Below are positions 33,486-45,175 of a stretch of DNA of 64,000 nucleotides, piece by piece; the stretch's first letter is position 1; each line of letters starts with the position of its first letter. This DNA is from Flectonema sp. DT1601. Taxonomy: Eukaryota. The DNA is taken from positions 1,240,001-1,304,000 of the forward strand of contig OZ025795.1 of NCBI GenBank assembly GCA_964019425.1. The letters are read 5' to 3'. Position numbers and translations under genes: made by a program. The notes beneath the pieces were generated by a model. It did no database searches and was not told the origin of the DNA. It worked only from the letters and a program-made list of their open reading frames with translations.

Positions 33486-35125
33486 ATGGCGACACAGGAT
33501 GATCATCAGATTTTAGAATCGAAATTTAAACTCCTTGAAACCGGGAGAAAGATGTATTTTGAAGATTCTCAAAGCCAGTTGAAAGCAGCAAAAGAAGCAG
33601 TCAACGTTTTAAGAAGAGAGAATAAGGAATATAAAAAGAATTTGAGAGCGATTCAAGATGAGAAAAAATCTGAAAAAGAATGTGTCCAAGGTCACATCCA
33701 AGATAAAGAACTAAGTCAACTGGATCAACGAATAATACAGTTAAGAAAATCTCTTGATGAGTGTAAGGTGTGAATAGATAAATCTCTTTTTTTAAAATAT
33801 TCTTTTATAAACATAACAAAAACAACAAAAACCAGCATCACAATGATGTCAGACAGCAACAGATCGATTCCCTGAGAGAACAACTCCGCGCAATAGAATT
33901 GGTCAAGCCAGACGTTCTGGATATGGATCCAGGACTCTCTCGTAAAATCCGTATGCTTGAAAACAGACTTGACAAGTCTATGATCAAATATAACGAAGCC
34001 CAAGCAATTAGGAAAACTTATGAACAGATTGTAAAAAGATTAAAAGAAGAGAGGATTGGATTTGACAATCAACTCGCGGCAATAGAAAGAACATTAAAAG
34101 CAAAAGATCATGACTACCAAGAGTTACTTAGTATGAGTCACGATGCTATTCATGCGAATGCAATATCAAAAGCAGAACTTGCTCAGTTTAGAGCTGCTTA
34201 TGAAGAAGAAAGAAGACAAAAAGATATCGAATTATCAGAACGAAAACAAGCAGTTCAAAAACGAATTGATCAAACGCAGAGACTAGAGCGTAAAGAAAAA
34301 CATTCCAAACAACGAGAAGTTGAAGCTGCTGCTCCAAAACAAGAAGAAGAACATCCAAAACAACAAACAATCGAACCTGCTCCAGAAGAACAAGAAAAAC
34401 TTCGCCAATACGAAGAAGCATTTGCTAAAATAAAAGAAGCAACCGGAGTGACTGACGTACAAGAAGTTATTCAGAAATTTATAACTCAAGAAGACACCCA
34501 TCGCAACCTTTTAGAAATGAAAGAAACGACACAAGCAAAGATCGATTCAATTAATATCGAAAGAGCCAACTTGAAAGCTAAATTAGAAGAACTGAAATAC
34601 AGCGGATCTGGTCAACTTGGGAGCCGACGTATAGTCGATGAGTTCGAAGCACACTTACAAGAAGCGAGACATCAATGTGAAAAGAATTGTCTAAAATATG
34701 AACGTGCTGCTAAACTATTAATAAATGTTAAGGCTGGAGTAGAACATTTATCTGAGAAGCTAATTGATTATAAACCAAAAGGTGAGGGTGAGGCTGATGA
34801 TCTTAATAAACTGCAAGTAAAGGAAGACAACATAATCCAAGTAATGGAACATTGCAGAGCTAAGCTTCACATGCTAACTGATGAAGCTGGCCCAACAATG
34901 GGAGAATTAGACCTCAGCATACCATTCGAACATTCAGGTGTCCTCCCAGTTACGAATCGAAGAATTAAATTACCAACATCCGATGAGGAAGATAATGGAG
35001 AAGATGACGACGACGATGAAGAAGAGGACGTTCTCGACAGAGAAACAGTAAAGAAATTAGCAAACCTTGCAGTTGAACGAGAGAAGAAAAAGAGCAAGAA
35101 ACGAGGCAAGAAAAACAAAGAGTAA
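33486..35125 (+). CDS. CCDC151: Outer dynein arm docking complex coiled-coil protein, CCDC151/ODAD3-like (exons 33486-33767, 33836-35125)
   Basis: IRMLENRLDKSMIKYNEAQAIRKTYEQI...L..ER and FAKIKEATGVTD motifs. Phase-0 GT-AG intron. Confidence 0.8.
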
Positions 35126-35827
35126 TCGATATACTATATTCTACGGCTGGTTACATATCCTCTGTTTCCCCGTGTTTGGTGAGGAAACCTTTTATTAAAA
35201 GTTTCATAATAGTAATTATTTTCATTTTTTATTGTTGTTTGTGTGATATAGAACTTATGGGGGATCTTCTTCTCCTTCTCCTTCTTCTGTCGTATAAAAA
35301 GAATTGCGCCAGGTAAGGCGAATGATTGAAGCTTTTCGAAAAGCTGAATAGCGCCACTCTGATTGCGACTTATTCCCAGCGGGTTCCATCTTGCTGTTTA
35401 TTGCTCTGAAAAGAGCTGATATGTACTTCCTTTTTTTTTTTTTTTTTGTCCCTTGAAAATGTTATTTCCCCCCATTTAGTTGTTTTATTTTATTTTTTTT
35501 TATATTAGTTCTGTCTTTTAACAAAAAAAAAAAAAAAAAAAAAAAAAAGTTTGGGATATTCTCTATCAACCAGATTAAAATAATCATATTGCTCACACAG
35601 ATAAATACCTTACTATGTTACGAATAGGTTAGTATTGCAAAGGGTTTTTAAAAAGAAGAACCACAAAAAATTTGGATACTACGAATATACCGGGAAAATC
35701 AACTTTTCTTTTTTATAATACGAACTGTACCTATGTGTCCGGAAGCAAAAGAAGCTGGTGTGTTAATTATTGACAGAATAGTGGAGTAGAATTATTTATA
35801 TTTTTATTTTATCAGGCTGTCTATGCA

Positions 35828-36799
35828 ATGAGTGACGAGCCGTGTCCCTTGGACACTAAGGGAAGTGCAGTGAGTAATTCAAATAAATATAAATATGGTA
35901 ATAGTGTGAAGCCAAAAGTTTGTCCATTTTGGGCAAGAGGATCCTGTGAAAAGGGAACTGATTGTAAGTATGCGCACTACGTTCCTTCTGAGAGAGAAAA
36001 ACAAAAACGATCACGTGAAGATGATAGAGACCACCCTTATGTGAAGAGAGCTCCTGGAGTGTGTCCATATTTTGCTAGCGGAAGATGTACTTATGGATCA
36101 ACCTGTAAATACTTGCACAGTGGGTATCCACAAGTTCTTCAAATATGCCCATATTTCCCTTTAGGTAGATGTACGAAGGGTACCGAATGTAGAATGTTAC
36201 ATCAACTCTCAACACAATCTCCGACAGTCAATCTTGCGTCAGACAACACGACAGCTCTCTTAACAAGTGTGTTGCAACAACTAACTAATCCACTAACACC
36301 AGAGTCAATTAGTACTCTTGCATCATTAGTAAGTCAATCTCAACATCAAGTACCTCAACAATATAACAACAGTAGTCATGGTGGTGGTAAAAGAGGACAG
36401 ACTCAGATATGTAAACATCATCAACTGGGAACATGTACTTGGGGTGCTGAGTGTAGATTTTCTCATGGAGGTCAATCAACAACAATCTGCCCATATTATC
36501 CTCTTGGTAGGTGTGCAAGAGGAGATGAATGTCGTATGATTCACGAGGGTAACATTCCACAAGATAGAGTTCCTCATCACTTGTCAACAAATGTTCAGCT
36601 TCCCGAAATTCAAATGCCACTTCCTGAATCAGACAGACCATCTGAAGAGGAAGTAGGCGAAGCAATTCCATTTCCCGACATGTCTCGACAACCAGAACCG
36701 GCATATCCAGAAGAGACAGTTGACGAGCCCGAACAAAACGAGCAGGTAGTCGATTTTAATCAGAACTTTCAACAAGATACGTCGTCGTTTACCATCTAA
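35828..36799 (+). CDS. CCCH zinc-finger RNA-binding protein (5 fingers)
   Basis: Five C-x7-C-x5-C-x3-H motifs. Confidence 0.9.
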   Translation: MSDEPCPLDTKGSAVSNSNKYKYGNSVKPKVCPFWARGSCEKGTDCKYAHYVPSEREKQKRSREDDRDHPYVKRAPGVCPYFASGRCTYGSTCKYLHSGYPQVLQICPYFPLGRCTKGTECRMLHQLSTQSPTVNLASDNTTALLTSVLQQLTNPLTPESISTLASLVSQSQHQVPQQYNNSSHGGGKRGQTQICKHHQLGTCTWGAECRFSHGGQSTTICPYYPLGRCARGDECRMIHEGNIPQDRVPHHLSTNVQLPEIQMPLPESDRPSEEEVGEAIPFPDMSRQPEPAYPEETVDEPEQNEQVVDFNQNFQQDTSSFTI

Positions 36800-38302
36800 G
36801 GGTGTTAATGTCACTGCGTGTGACGTTGTTATTTTATGACCAGCGTAAACGACAATTGCTATTATTATTATTATAATTATTACTTTTTTTTTCTCCCCTC
36901 CTCTTTTTTTTGACCACCGCGCTGAAAAAAAAAGATGAGAGGGAACGGAGGGGGAAAAAAAAAAAAAAAAAAAACATTTTTCCCCTTCCGTCTCTCTCGT
37001 TTTTTGATTAATAATTTGCAATTGTACCACTGCACGGAGAATCCTTCCATGAGGGCGGGAGCTGTACGGAATTGATGATGCTTTTTCATGTTGTTGTTGT
37101 TGTTTATTTTTTGTTTATTTTTTTTAAAACAAGGGGGAGACGTAATCGGTGGTAGTTTCCCTCGGAGGGGGAAAAAAAAAAAAAAAATAACGGAAAAAAC
37201 TTTTTTTTTTCTCTTGCTGAGAAAACCAACCATTTTATTTCCGAATAGAAGGAAATTGAATACCATTAAAGCACCTCGTCTGTGCAATAACTAAAAATAA
37301 CCTGCAACCTATTCCCCTTCTTTTTTTTTTGTTTTTGTTTTTGTTTTTTTGTTTCTTCATTTCCGAGTGCCCACCATAGATAGATACAAAAATAACCAGA
37401 AGAATAACTCGGGGAAGAAAAAAAAAAGACGACGGGAAAAAAAAAAAAAAGAAACCAGAAAAAGGTGCAAATATAAAGAAAAATCTGCGTCTTTTTTGTT
37501 TCCTTAATCACATACTTCATCCTAGTAACAAAAGAAATAAAAAAAAAAAAAAATCAGTGCTAAATAAAAAACGCAAACATTTTTGCATACCCGTTCATTA
37601 CCTTTTTTTCTTTCTTTTTTCCCAATCCCTTCCCCTATAGATTGACAATAAGTTTGTAGTTTCTGGAGAGCAAAAAAAAAAAAAAAAAAAAAACAATCAT
37701 ATTCTATGTGGAATCCATAGCAAGAGAGAGAGAAAAAACCAGCAACACTGATACTCATAAAAAAGAAATTGTACTCTGAAAAAAGTGTTGACGAGGTTCG
37801 ATGTTTTATTACGAATTTAACACTTTTTGAGAATTTTCTTTTTCTTCTCCTGTTGTTTCTTTATCTTGTTTTTCTTGGGAAAAAAAAAAAAAAAAAAAAA
37901 AAAAAAAACAACGTCGTTAGAGGTGACTGCAATAAATAAAAAATAATTTCACACTTTGATTAAATTGTGAATATCAACAATAGGGGGAAGAAAAAAAAAA
38001 AAAAAAAAAAAAAAAAAATAAGACTTCGAGCGGAACATATTTTTTTTTCTTTTCAAAAAAAAAAAAAAAGAAAACACTTGGGAGTATCCTACTTGCTTTC
38101 ATGTCTTTATTAAAAAAAAAAAAAAAAAAAAAGGAAGACTCAGATTCTGTTGGCTGTGATCATTTAATATAATCTACCTTAATTTACTGTATTCAGGTGT
38201 AGTCATTCAAAATAAGATACTGCTGGAGGAGTTGCATATTTATCATTCTCGGATCTGAAATATTTCAAAAACAATTGAATTACCCCCCTCGCAGACAAAC
38301 TT

Positions 38303-39577
38303 ATGTCTTATTCACTTGAATCGCTGAAAGCAGCTGGCGACCGCATAGGAGCTCCAGCCACGGGTTTCGGACGCGGTACGTTTGAACCTCGCTTTGATGA
38401 ACCTGTACTGAACAGCTGTCAGGTTGATAGAAAAGAGTTGCGAGAGGGTGTTCCCGTTGTTAGCTTTAAGACAATGAGATCTACTGCAGTAAATCCTGTA
38501 GGAACAGAGTCAAAGACAAATCTATCTTCGAAATGCTTTGCTGACATGACGGGGATAAGTAAACCACCGATAATAAACAAGGCATACGGATTAAATAACA
38601 TTAGTGATGTAAGTTATGGTCATTCTAACCTAGCATGGTATGTTTACACTTGCTGGGCAAAGGAAATGTGTACTGTTTTACGACCAGACATGTTTTGGTT
38701 TACGATTGTCAACGAGATTGCTAGGGAAGTTCGATTATTTCCAGAAAGATATCGTTCTCTGTTTACCGACAGTAAGGAGAAGAAGACCCTTGAAGTTCCG
38801 GCATCAAGTGCAACAGAACTACCCATGGATATTCTCGACTCACTTCTTTCAGACTCTGTACCAGACAAAGTTCTAAAAGATTGCATTGTTGATGTACCTT
38901 TTGTTACTAAACCTTCTGAAGGATTTAAACAAGTTATAATGTCTGCTTTCGCTCATATGGCTGCTCCTTTTTATGACTACACTACTTGTCGGTGTGGAAT
39001 TCCCGAAGTCGCGGTTGAAGGAAGGTCCGAGGATTGGGTTGCGATGATTCAAAGTTGTTCAGTTCTAAGAAAGAGATTTCCTGAGGAATCAAGATTAAAT
39101 AATTATGTTGAGCGTGTTGGGAAATTATTACAAGAGATTCATGATAACACATTTTGTGACTTATCAAACAGCGAATCTAGAGTGGCAAGCGAGTCGTTCT
39201 TTTCATCCATCTTTTGGGCAACTAGCAACTGCGGTTCAGGTTCACCTTATTATTGCAAAGGATGGATTATTGGATTATACAACAGAAGTGTTAGTAGTGA
39301 ACGCTATGCTGATGAGTCTTCGTGGGCGTCCAAAGGAAATAATTTTCTCTCAAAAATAAGGAATTCCTCCATTGAAAACATTTTGGAGTTTCCACCACAC
39401 GTCTCGTGTGTAGAATGGCAACATACCGACACTGAAAGGATGTTCACGCAGATTTCTGGGTTATTTTATTCAAAGGCTGAAGGAAGATTCCTCATTCCGT
39501 ATTATGGTACAGCAACTTATGAATTATCAAAAAAAGAATTCGAATCGATGAAACATCCTAAGAAGACTGCCATATAA
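38303..39577 (+). CDS. DUF4419-family protein
   Basis: LRPDMFWFTI...RSLF...KKTLEV and Y.Y...CGIPEVAVEGRSEDW match my recollection of DUF4419 motifs. Confidence 0.75.
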   Translation: MSYSLESLKAAGDRIGAPATGFGRGTFEPRFDEPVLNSCQVDRKELREGVPVVSFKTMRSTAVNPVGTESKTNLSSKCFADMTGISKPPIINKAYGLNNISDVSYGHSNLAWYVYTCWAKEMCTVLRPDMFWFTIVNEIAREVRLFPERYRSLFTDSKEKKTLEVPASSATELPMDILDSLLSDSVPDKVLKDCIVDVPFVTKPSEGFKQVIMSAFAHMAAPFYDYTTCRCGIPEVAVEGRSEDWVAMIQSCSVLRKRFPEESRLNNYVERVGKLLQEIHDNTFCDLSNSESRVASESFFSSIFWATSNCGSGSPYYCKGWIIGLYNRSVSSERYADESSWASKGNNFLSKIRNSSIENILEFPPHVSCVEWQHTDTERMFTQISGLFYSKAEGRFLIPYYGTATYELSKKEFESMKHPKKTAI

Positions 39578-40402
39578 CATATTGATGTAAGTACCAAACA
39601 TTTGTGTGTTCGGTTACTGTTGAATTTCTTTTTTCTTTTTTTCTTCTAATTGTCTCCTTTACACGCAAAAAAAAGAAAAAGTGTTGTGCGATTTAGTGAG
39701 CACTCAGGTGTCGAAAGAAGCATTTTCTGCTTCTGGAAGTGCCACGAAACTCAACACATCTTACGAATACAGTTGAGTATGAGCGGAATTCTTTTGTTAT
39801 TTAACCCTTGCTGGGTTAAGGGAAATTTCTTCATAAATATACTCAAAACATTCAACCCATCTTTTCTTTTCTGTTTGGTCAGGGAAATTAATAATTATAA
39901 CTTGTGAGATCTGCTGGATCTGTCCGCAGCATTGGAGAAGTTAAAACACTTCCAGGAAGTGTTAGTTCTGCTGTGTCGAAAGTTAATCTGGTTTGTACAC
40001 AGTGAATAAAGGAAGGTCTGTGAAGAGGGTTTCCAGTACAAAGCCACGCACTTGTACTATTTATACAAATATTATTATATTATATTAATGACCAAACTAT
40101 CACCTTCATTTCTAAAGATACCTTCTTATTATCGCAGCCTTGTAGTTGATTGCAACAACAACTCTTCTCGATCACTTTGTAATTAGAACATCACTTTATT
40201 TAGTCAATATTGCTTTCTTTGTAAGAATCTAATAACATGGAGCATCCTTGTAGTATTCGATAACCAGACATTAGACAAATCAGGGATCGTATTTATAATT
40301 GTTTCCTCCCGCTTGGCGTTGAAACATTTCCACTTTTTTGCAGCCGTTTCAACACTTGTGAATAACACCTTCTTCTCCTTCAGGAAACTACTCAAAACAA
40401 CA

Positions 40403-42907
40403 ATGCAGGTTTTTGTGACGTGTCCGGATTTGGGATTCCCCGCAGTGTCATTCACGACTGGTGTTGATTCTCTTGTGAGCGAAGTGTTGACGGCGGCGGC
40501 TGGGGAGTGGGATGTGGATCCGGAGGAAGTTGAACTGTCGTTCGCTGGTGACACGCTTTGCGAAAGTGAGCGACTAGCAGATCGTGGAGTTGTTGGAGAG
40601 AGCGAGTTGGAGATGTGGAAGAAGCGGTTTCGTATATTCAGTAAATGCTGGTTTGTTGATGATTCAAAACGGGAGAAGCTGCTTCGTTGGCTAAGAGAAC
40701 ACAATGAGGAATACTTATGCCTTGACACCACAACATTCACAGAGGATGGTTGCCTCAGTATTAAGGGTGATTTGCTTCCTTCTGATGCCGAACGGATTTC
40801 TTTCCGCAATTCAAATCCCGACATCTCAGCCATCTCACAAGCTGTCACTATTGGAAATCGTTTCTTGTATCTTTGTTCACAAATCACTTCTCTTGATCTT
40901 TCACGTCTTAGTAGTGTCACCACTATTGGAGATGATTTCTTGCGTGGCTGTTCACAAATCACTTCTCTTGATCTTTCAGGTCTTAGTAGTGTCACCACTA
41001 TTGGAGATGATTTCTTGCGTGGCTGTTCACAAATCACTTCTCTTGATCTTTCAGGTCTTAGTAGTGTCACCACTATTGGACGTAGTTTCTTGTCTCATTG
41101 TTCACAAATCACTTCTCTTGATCTTTCAGGTCTTAGTAGTGTCATCACTATTGGAAGTCTTTTCTTGTCTTCCTGCTCACAAATCACTTCTCTTGATCTT
41201 TCAGGTCTTAGTAGTGTCACCACTATTGGAGATGATTTCTTGCGTGGCTGTTCACAAATCACTTCTCTTGATCTTTCAGGTCTTAGTAGTGTCACCACTA
41301 TTGGACGTAGTTTCTTGTCTCGTTGTTCACAAATCACTTCTCTTGATCTTTCAGGTCTTAGTAGTGTCACCACTATTGGAGATGATTTCTTGCGTGGCTG
41401 TTCACAAATCACTTCTCTTGATCTTTCAGGTCTTAGTAGTGTCACTACTATTGGACGTAGTTTCTTGTCTCGTTATTCACAAATCACTTCTCTTGATCTT
41501 TCAGGTCTTAGTAGTGTCATCACTATTGGAAGTCTTTTCTTGTCTTCCTGCTCACAAATCACTTCTCTTGATCTTTCAGGTCTTAGTAGTGTCACCACTA
41601 TTGGAGATGATTTCTTGCGTGGCTGTTCACAAATCACTTCTCTTGATCTTTCAGGTCTTAGTAGTGTCACCACTATTGGAGATGATTTCTTGCGTGGCTG
41701 TTCACAAATCACTTCTCTTGATCTTTCAGGTCTTAGTAGTATCACCACTATTGGACGTAGTTTCTTGTCTCATTGTTCACAAATCACTTCTCTTGATCTT
41801 TCAGGTCTTAGTAGTGTCATCACTATTGGAAGTCTTTTCTTGTCTTCCTGCTCACAAATCACTTCTCTTGATCTTTCAGGTCTTAGTAGTATCACCACTA
41901 TTGGACGTAGTTTCTTGTCTCATTGTTCACAAATCACTTCTCTTGATCTTTCAGGTCTTAGTAGTGTCACCACTATTGGAGATGATTTCTTGCGTGGCTG
42001 TTCACAAATCACTTCTCTTGATCTTTCAGGTCTTAGTAGTGTCACCACTATTGGAGATGATTTCTTGCGTGGCTGTTCACAAATCACTTCTCTTGATCTT
42101 TCAGGTCTTAGTAGTATCACCACTATTGGACGTAGTTTCTTGTCTCATTGTTCACAAATCACTTCTCTTGATCTTTCAGGTCTTAGTAGTGTCATCACTA
42201 TTGGAAGTCTTTTCTTGTCTTCCTGCTCACAAATCACTTCTCTTGATCTTTCAGGTCTTAGTAGTGTCACCACTATTGGAGATGATTTCTTGCGTGGCTG
42301 TTCACAAATCACTTCTCTTGACCTTTTACGTCTTAGTAGTGTCACCACTATTGGACGTAGTTTCTTGTCTCGTTATTCACAAATCACTTCTCTTGATCTT
42401 TCAGGTCTTAGTAGTGTCACCACTATTGGAGATGATTTCTTGCGTGGCTGTTCACAAATCACTTCTCTTGATCTTTCAGGTCTTAGTAGTGTCACCACTA
42501 TTGGACGTAGTTTCTTGTCTCATTGTTCACAAATCACTTCTCTTGATCTTTCAGGTCTTAGTAGTGTCATCACTATTGGAAGTCTTTTCTTGTCTTCCTG
42601 CTCACAAATCACTTCTCTTGATCTTTCAGGTCTTAGTAGTGTCACCACTATTGGACATAGTTTCTTGTCTCATTGTTCACAAATCACTTCTCTTGACCTC
42701 TCACGTCTTAGTAGTGTCACCACTATTGGAAGTCATTTCTTGTCTTCCTGCTCACAAATCACTTCTCTTGATCTTTCTGGTCTTAGTAGTGTGATTAAAA
42801 TAGGCGATAGGTTCCTTGCTAATAGCAATGCACTTGAATCTGTTCAGCTGCCTGTAAATAATGGCGCTCTCTTTGAGAAGTCAGTGGAAGCAGCGATTAA
42901 TCATTAA
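40403..42907 (+). CDS. Ubiquitin-like domain + 26 x 25-aa BspA/TpLRR-type leucine-rich repeat protein
   Basis: ATG at 40403 follows ttcttctccttcag. The N-terminal ~75 aa has a ubiquitin-like pattern (MQVFV...VELSFAGDTL...LAD.GV...ELEM). Repeats are CSQITSLDLSGLSSVTTIGxxFLxx. Confidence 0.92.
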   Translation: MQVFVTCPDLGFPAVSFTTGVDSLVSEVLTAAAGEWDVDPEEVELSFAGDTLCESERLADRGVVGESELEMWKKRFRIFSKCWFVDDSKREKLLRWLREHNEEYLCLDTTTFTEDGCLSIKGDLLPSDAERISFRNSNPDISAISQAVTIGNRFLYLCSQITSLDLSRLSSVTTIGDDFLRGCSQITSLDLSGLSSVTTIGDDFLRGCSQITSLDLSGLSSVTTIGRSFLSHCSQITSLDLSGLSSVITIGSLFLSSCSQITSLDLSGLSSVTTIGDDFLRGCSQITSLDLSGLSSVTTIGRSFLSRCSQITSLDLSGLSSVTTIGDDFLRGCSQITSLDLSGLSSVTTIGRSFLSRYSQITSLDLSGLSSVITIGSLFLSSCSQITSLDLSGLSSVTTIGDDFLRGCSQITSLDLSGLSSVTTIGDDFLRGCSQITSLDLSGLSSITTIGRSFLSHCSQITSLDLSGLSSVITIGSLFLSSCSQITSLDLSGLSSITTIGRSFLSHCSQITSLDLSGLSSVTTIGDDFLRGCSQITSLDLSGLSSVTTIGDDFLRGCSQITSLDLSGLSSITTIGRSFLSHCSQITSLDLSGLSSVITIGSLFLSSCSQITSLDLSGLSSVTTIGDDFLRGCSQITSLDLLRLSSVTTIGRSFLSRYSQITSLDLSGLSSVTTIGDDFLRGCSQITSLDLSGLSSVTTIGRSFLSHCSQITSLDLSGLSSVITIGSLFLSSCSQITSLDLSGLSSVTTIGHSFLSHCSQITSLDLSRLSSVTTIGSHFLSSCSQITSLDLSGLSSVIKIGDRFLANSNALESVQLPVNNGALFEKSVEAAINH
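40874..42823 (+). repeat. Tandem array of 26 x 75-bp coding repeats
   Basis: 1950 bp = 26 x 75. Unit tgttcacaaatcacttctcttgatctttcaggtcttagtagtgtcaccactattggaNNNNNtttcttgNNNNNN. Confidence 0.97.
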
Positions 42908-43886
42908 GTTTTGTTTTGTTAATTTTTTATTTAGCTTTCTTTCAATTTACGAGTTTTCTTAGTATTTTTCATTCTTTCTAAAGTGTGTTGTATTTTTGTT
43001 TTGTTTGTGCTCTCGCTGCTGTGAAAGCTTCAATCCAATTTATTCTATGAACCTCTTCACGGAGTAGAATTAATTTAAATATAAAATTTCTGTTCAAATA
43101 TTGTTCGAATTGTAGTTCCAGGTGTTGCTTTGTAATGAACTTATTGAGTACTGGCTTTGTGGGAATCTAATAACACCTTCTTGTCCTTCAGCGAATTACT
43201 GAAAACAACAATGCAAAATTTTTTGTTTTAATGATGACGTTTTCCATTCGTCCTGATGATTTTGCAATGAGATAATTCTTTTTTTAGTAAAAGCAGGACT
43301 TCCTTTTTTGAGTTACAAAAAATTATTTATCGTTTTGGTTTCTCGGGGCTCACTACTTTCATTTATTTTATTTTATTTATTCATTTGTTTTCTTTTCTTT
43401 TCTCTATAGTTATCCTCATATCATTTTCTGACAACAATCGGACAAGGTGGAAAGCTGACAATAGGCATATTGTGTTCATTATGCCCCGTCAGCCGAAGCT
43501 ATAATAAAACAATCCTAATAAGATTGAGTCTAATTACGTTGCTGTTGTCCTCGTAGCTCTATTGGAGTTAACCCGATGCTCTTTAGTTTGCTGTCTATCA
43601 GCGATGCACAGTACGCAATGTATTGGACTTCCTTATTCTAAAGATACCTTCTTATTATCGCAGCCTTGTAGTTGATTGTAGTAAACCATATTTCATTCCT
43701 AAGGTGATGCAATGCTGTGGGTCACGGTGTGAACTGTTCAAGATGATAATGGTAGTGTTGGTTTTTGTAATCAAGAGTTAGACGACGACTTCTTTATTGA
43801 AGCTGTCAGTCCGTGGGTTTTCTTGTTGATATATGTTTTATGTGATTGTTTTTCTTTATCTTAATTTATCTATCAGAATAAATAAT

Positions 43887-44594
43887 ATGGCTGGTTATCC
43901 ACCACCACCGGGAGCTGGAGGCTACCCACCAGCTCAGGGTGCACCGGGAGGCTACCCTCCTGCGCCGGGTGCACCGGGAGGTTACCCACAGGCAAGTGCT
44001 CCAGGATACCCACCAGCTCAGGGTGCACCGGGAGGCTACCCTCCTGCCCCGGGAGCTCCTGGAGGTTACCCACAGGCAAGTGCTCCAGGATACCCACCTG
44101 CGCCTGGTGGTGGTGCACCAGTTGGATATTCCCCGGATGGCGGAGCTTACCCACAAAGTGGTTACCCCCCACAGGGAGGTGCTCCTGGCTACCCTCCAGC
44201 TCAGGCAGGTTACCCACCGGGAGGGTACCCTGGTTCTACCCCTTCGGGTGGAATGGTCAGCCAGTGCGGACCTGGCGAGGAGTATGTCCTGGAAGATGCA
44301 AAGGGAAACCGAATCCCAATCAGCTACGAAGAAGTTTGCGCAGCCGGTGGAGAAGGCGCCTCATACCAGAAAGAAGTTCCTACCAACGGAGCTAAAAGAC
44401 GAGGTATTGGAAAAATTTTATTAGCGGCAGCAGCAGCAGGTGTAGCTCTCTACATGCTGAGTGGCATAATTAAAAAAGTTAGAAGAGGAAGCAGCGGCAA
44501 GAAAGGAAGGAAGCGTTCAGGCTCGTCGTCGTCATCATCATCTTCGTCATCGTCGTCATCGTCGTCGTCATCATCATCTTCATCATCTTCCTAA
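43887..44594 (+). CDS. Pro/Gly/Tyr-rich (GYPP repeat) single-TM protein with poly-Ser tail, paralogue 1
   Basis: ATG at 43887, GYPPA repeats, hydrophobic [15 protein letters not shown], then a basic patch and a Ser run. Confidence 0.85.
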   Translation: MAGYPPPPGAGGYPPAQGAPGGYPPAPGAPGGYPQASAPGYPPAQGAPGGYPPAPGAPGGYPQASAPGYPPAPGGGAPVGYSPDGGAYPQSGYPPQGGAPGYPPAQAGYPPGGYPGSTPSGGMVSQCGPGEEYVLEDAKGNRIPISYEEVCAAGGEGASYQKEVPTNGAKRRGIGKILLAAAAAGVALYMLSGIIKKVRRGSSGKKGRKRSGSSSSSSSSSSSSSSSSSSSSSSS

Positions 44595-45175
44595 GATGAA
44601 CGATGTGCTCAATTATTTGTTTTACTTGCTATTAAAGAACGCAGCTAAAGAACAGCTGACATATTTCTATACAAGCCGGTGCAATATACAACTAACCTCG
44701 CAGGTATAGTTCGATGATTTCGGAGACGACTTGTTTGAACTGGGAAGAGGCTGAAAGCTGACTGCTGATGTCTGCTGATGTATTCTATTTCCCTTTCATG
44801 TTCGCCTCCCCACCGCCCCGCACTCTAGGAACTTTTTTTTAAAAGCGTCACTGTGACCATACAAAAAGCCGTGCGTCTTCGGCAAAAAGAAGTCAGAGAT
44901 GCCGACAAGATCTCTTCCATGGGAAAATTGATGTTGGATTTTATAAACAGACAATGAACTTAATTTGATCTGAGGGCACAATACAGCTTCCCATCCGATT
45001 TATTAGAAAAGATTTGGACGACGACTTCTTTATTGAAGCTTTATGTATTCATGGTGTTGTTTTTACTTTTTCTTGCTCCGTTTACCTTTCGCGAGATCTT
45101 CTCGTAGGTCTCCTTGTTGATATGTTTTATGTGATTGTTTTTCTTTATCTTAATTTATCCATCAGAATATATAAC

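Noticed and set aside
36880..38160. Many small F/K-rich ORFs here and at 13000-14100 and 31700-32050
   Set aside because: They arise from poly(T)/poly(A) intergenic tracts.
40704..42794. 696-aa hydrophobic ORF in the +1 frame (also 1405-2289) and the minus-strand LLRPERSREVICEQ ORFs
   Set aside because: These are shadows of the 75-bp LRR repeat: one stop-free alternative frame in the unit propagates across the whole array.
40874..42823. CRISPR-like or TALE-like array
   Set aside because: The variable segments recur and are in-frame codons, not unique spacers, and there are no cas genes. The unit is a 25-aa LRR, not a 34-aa TALE repeat.
43170..43216. Third LRR-family acceptor + ATG (MQ...) downstream of the intact gene
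   Set aside because: Similarity stops right after the start codon, so this is a remnant rather than a gene.
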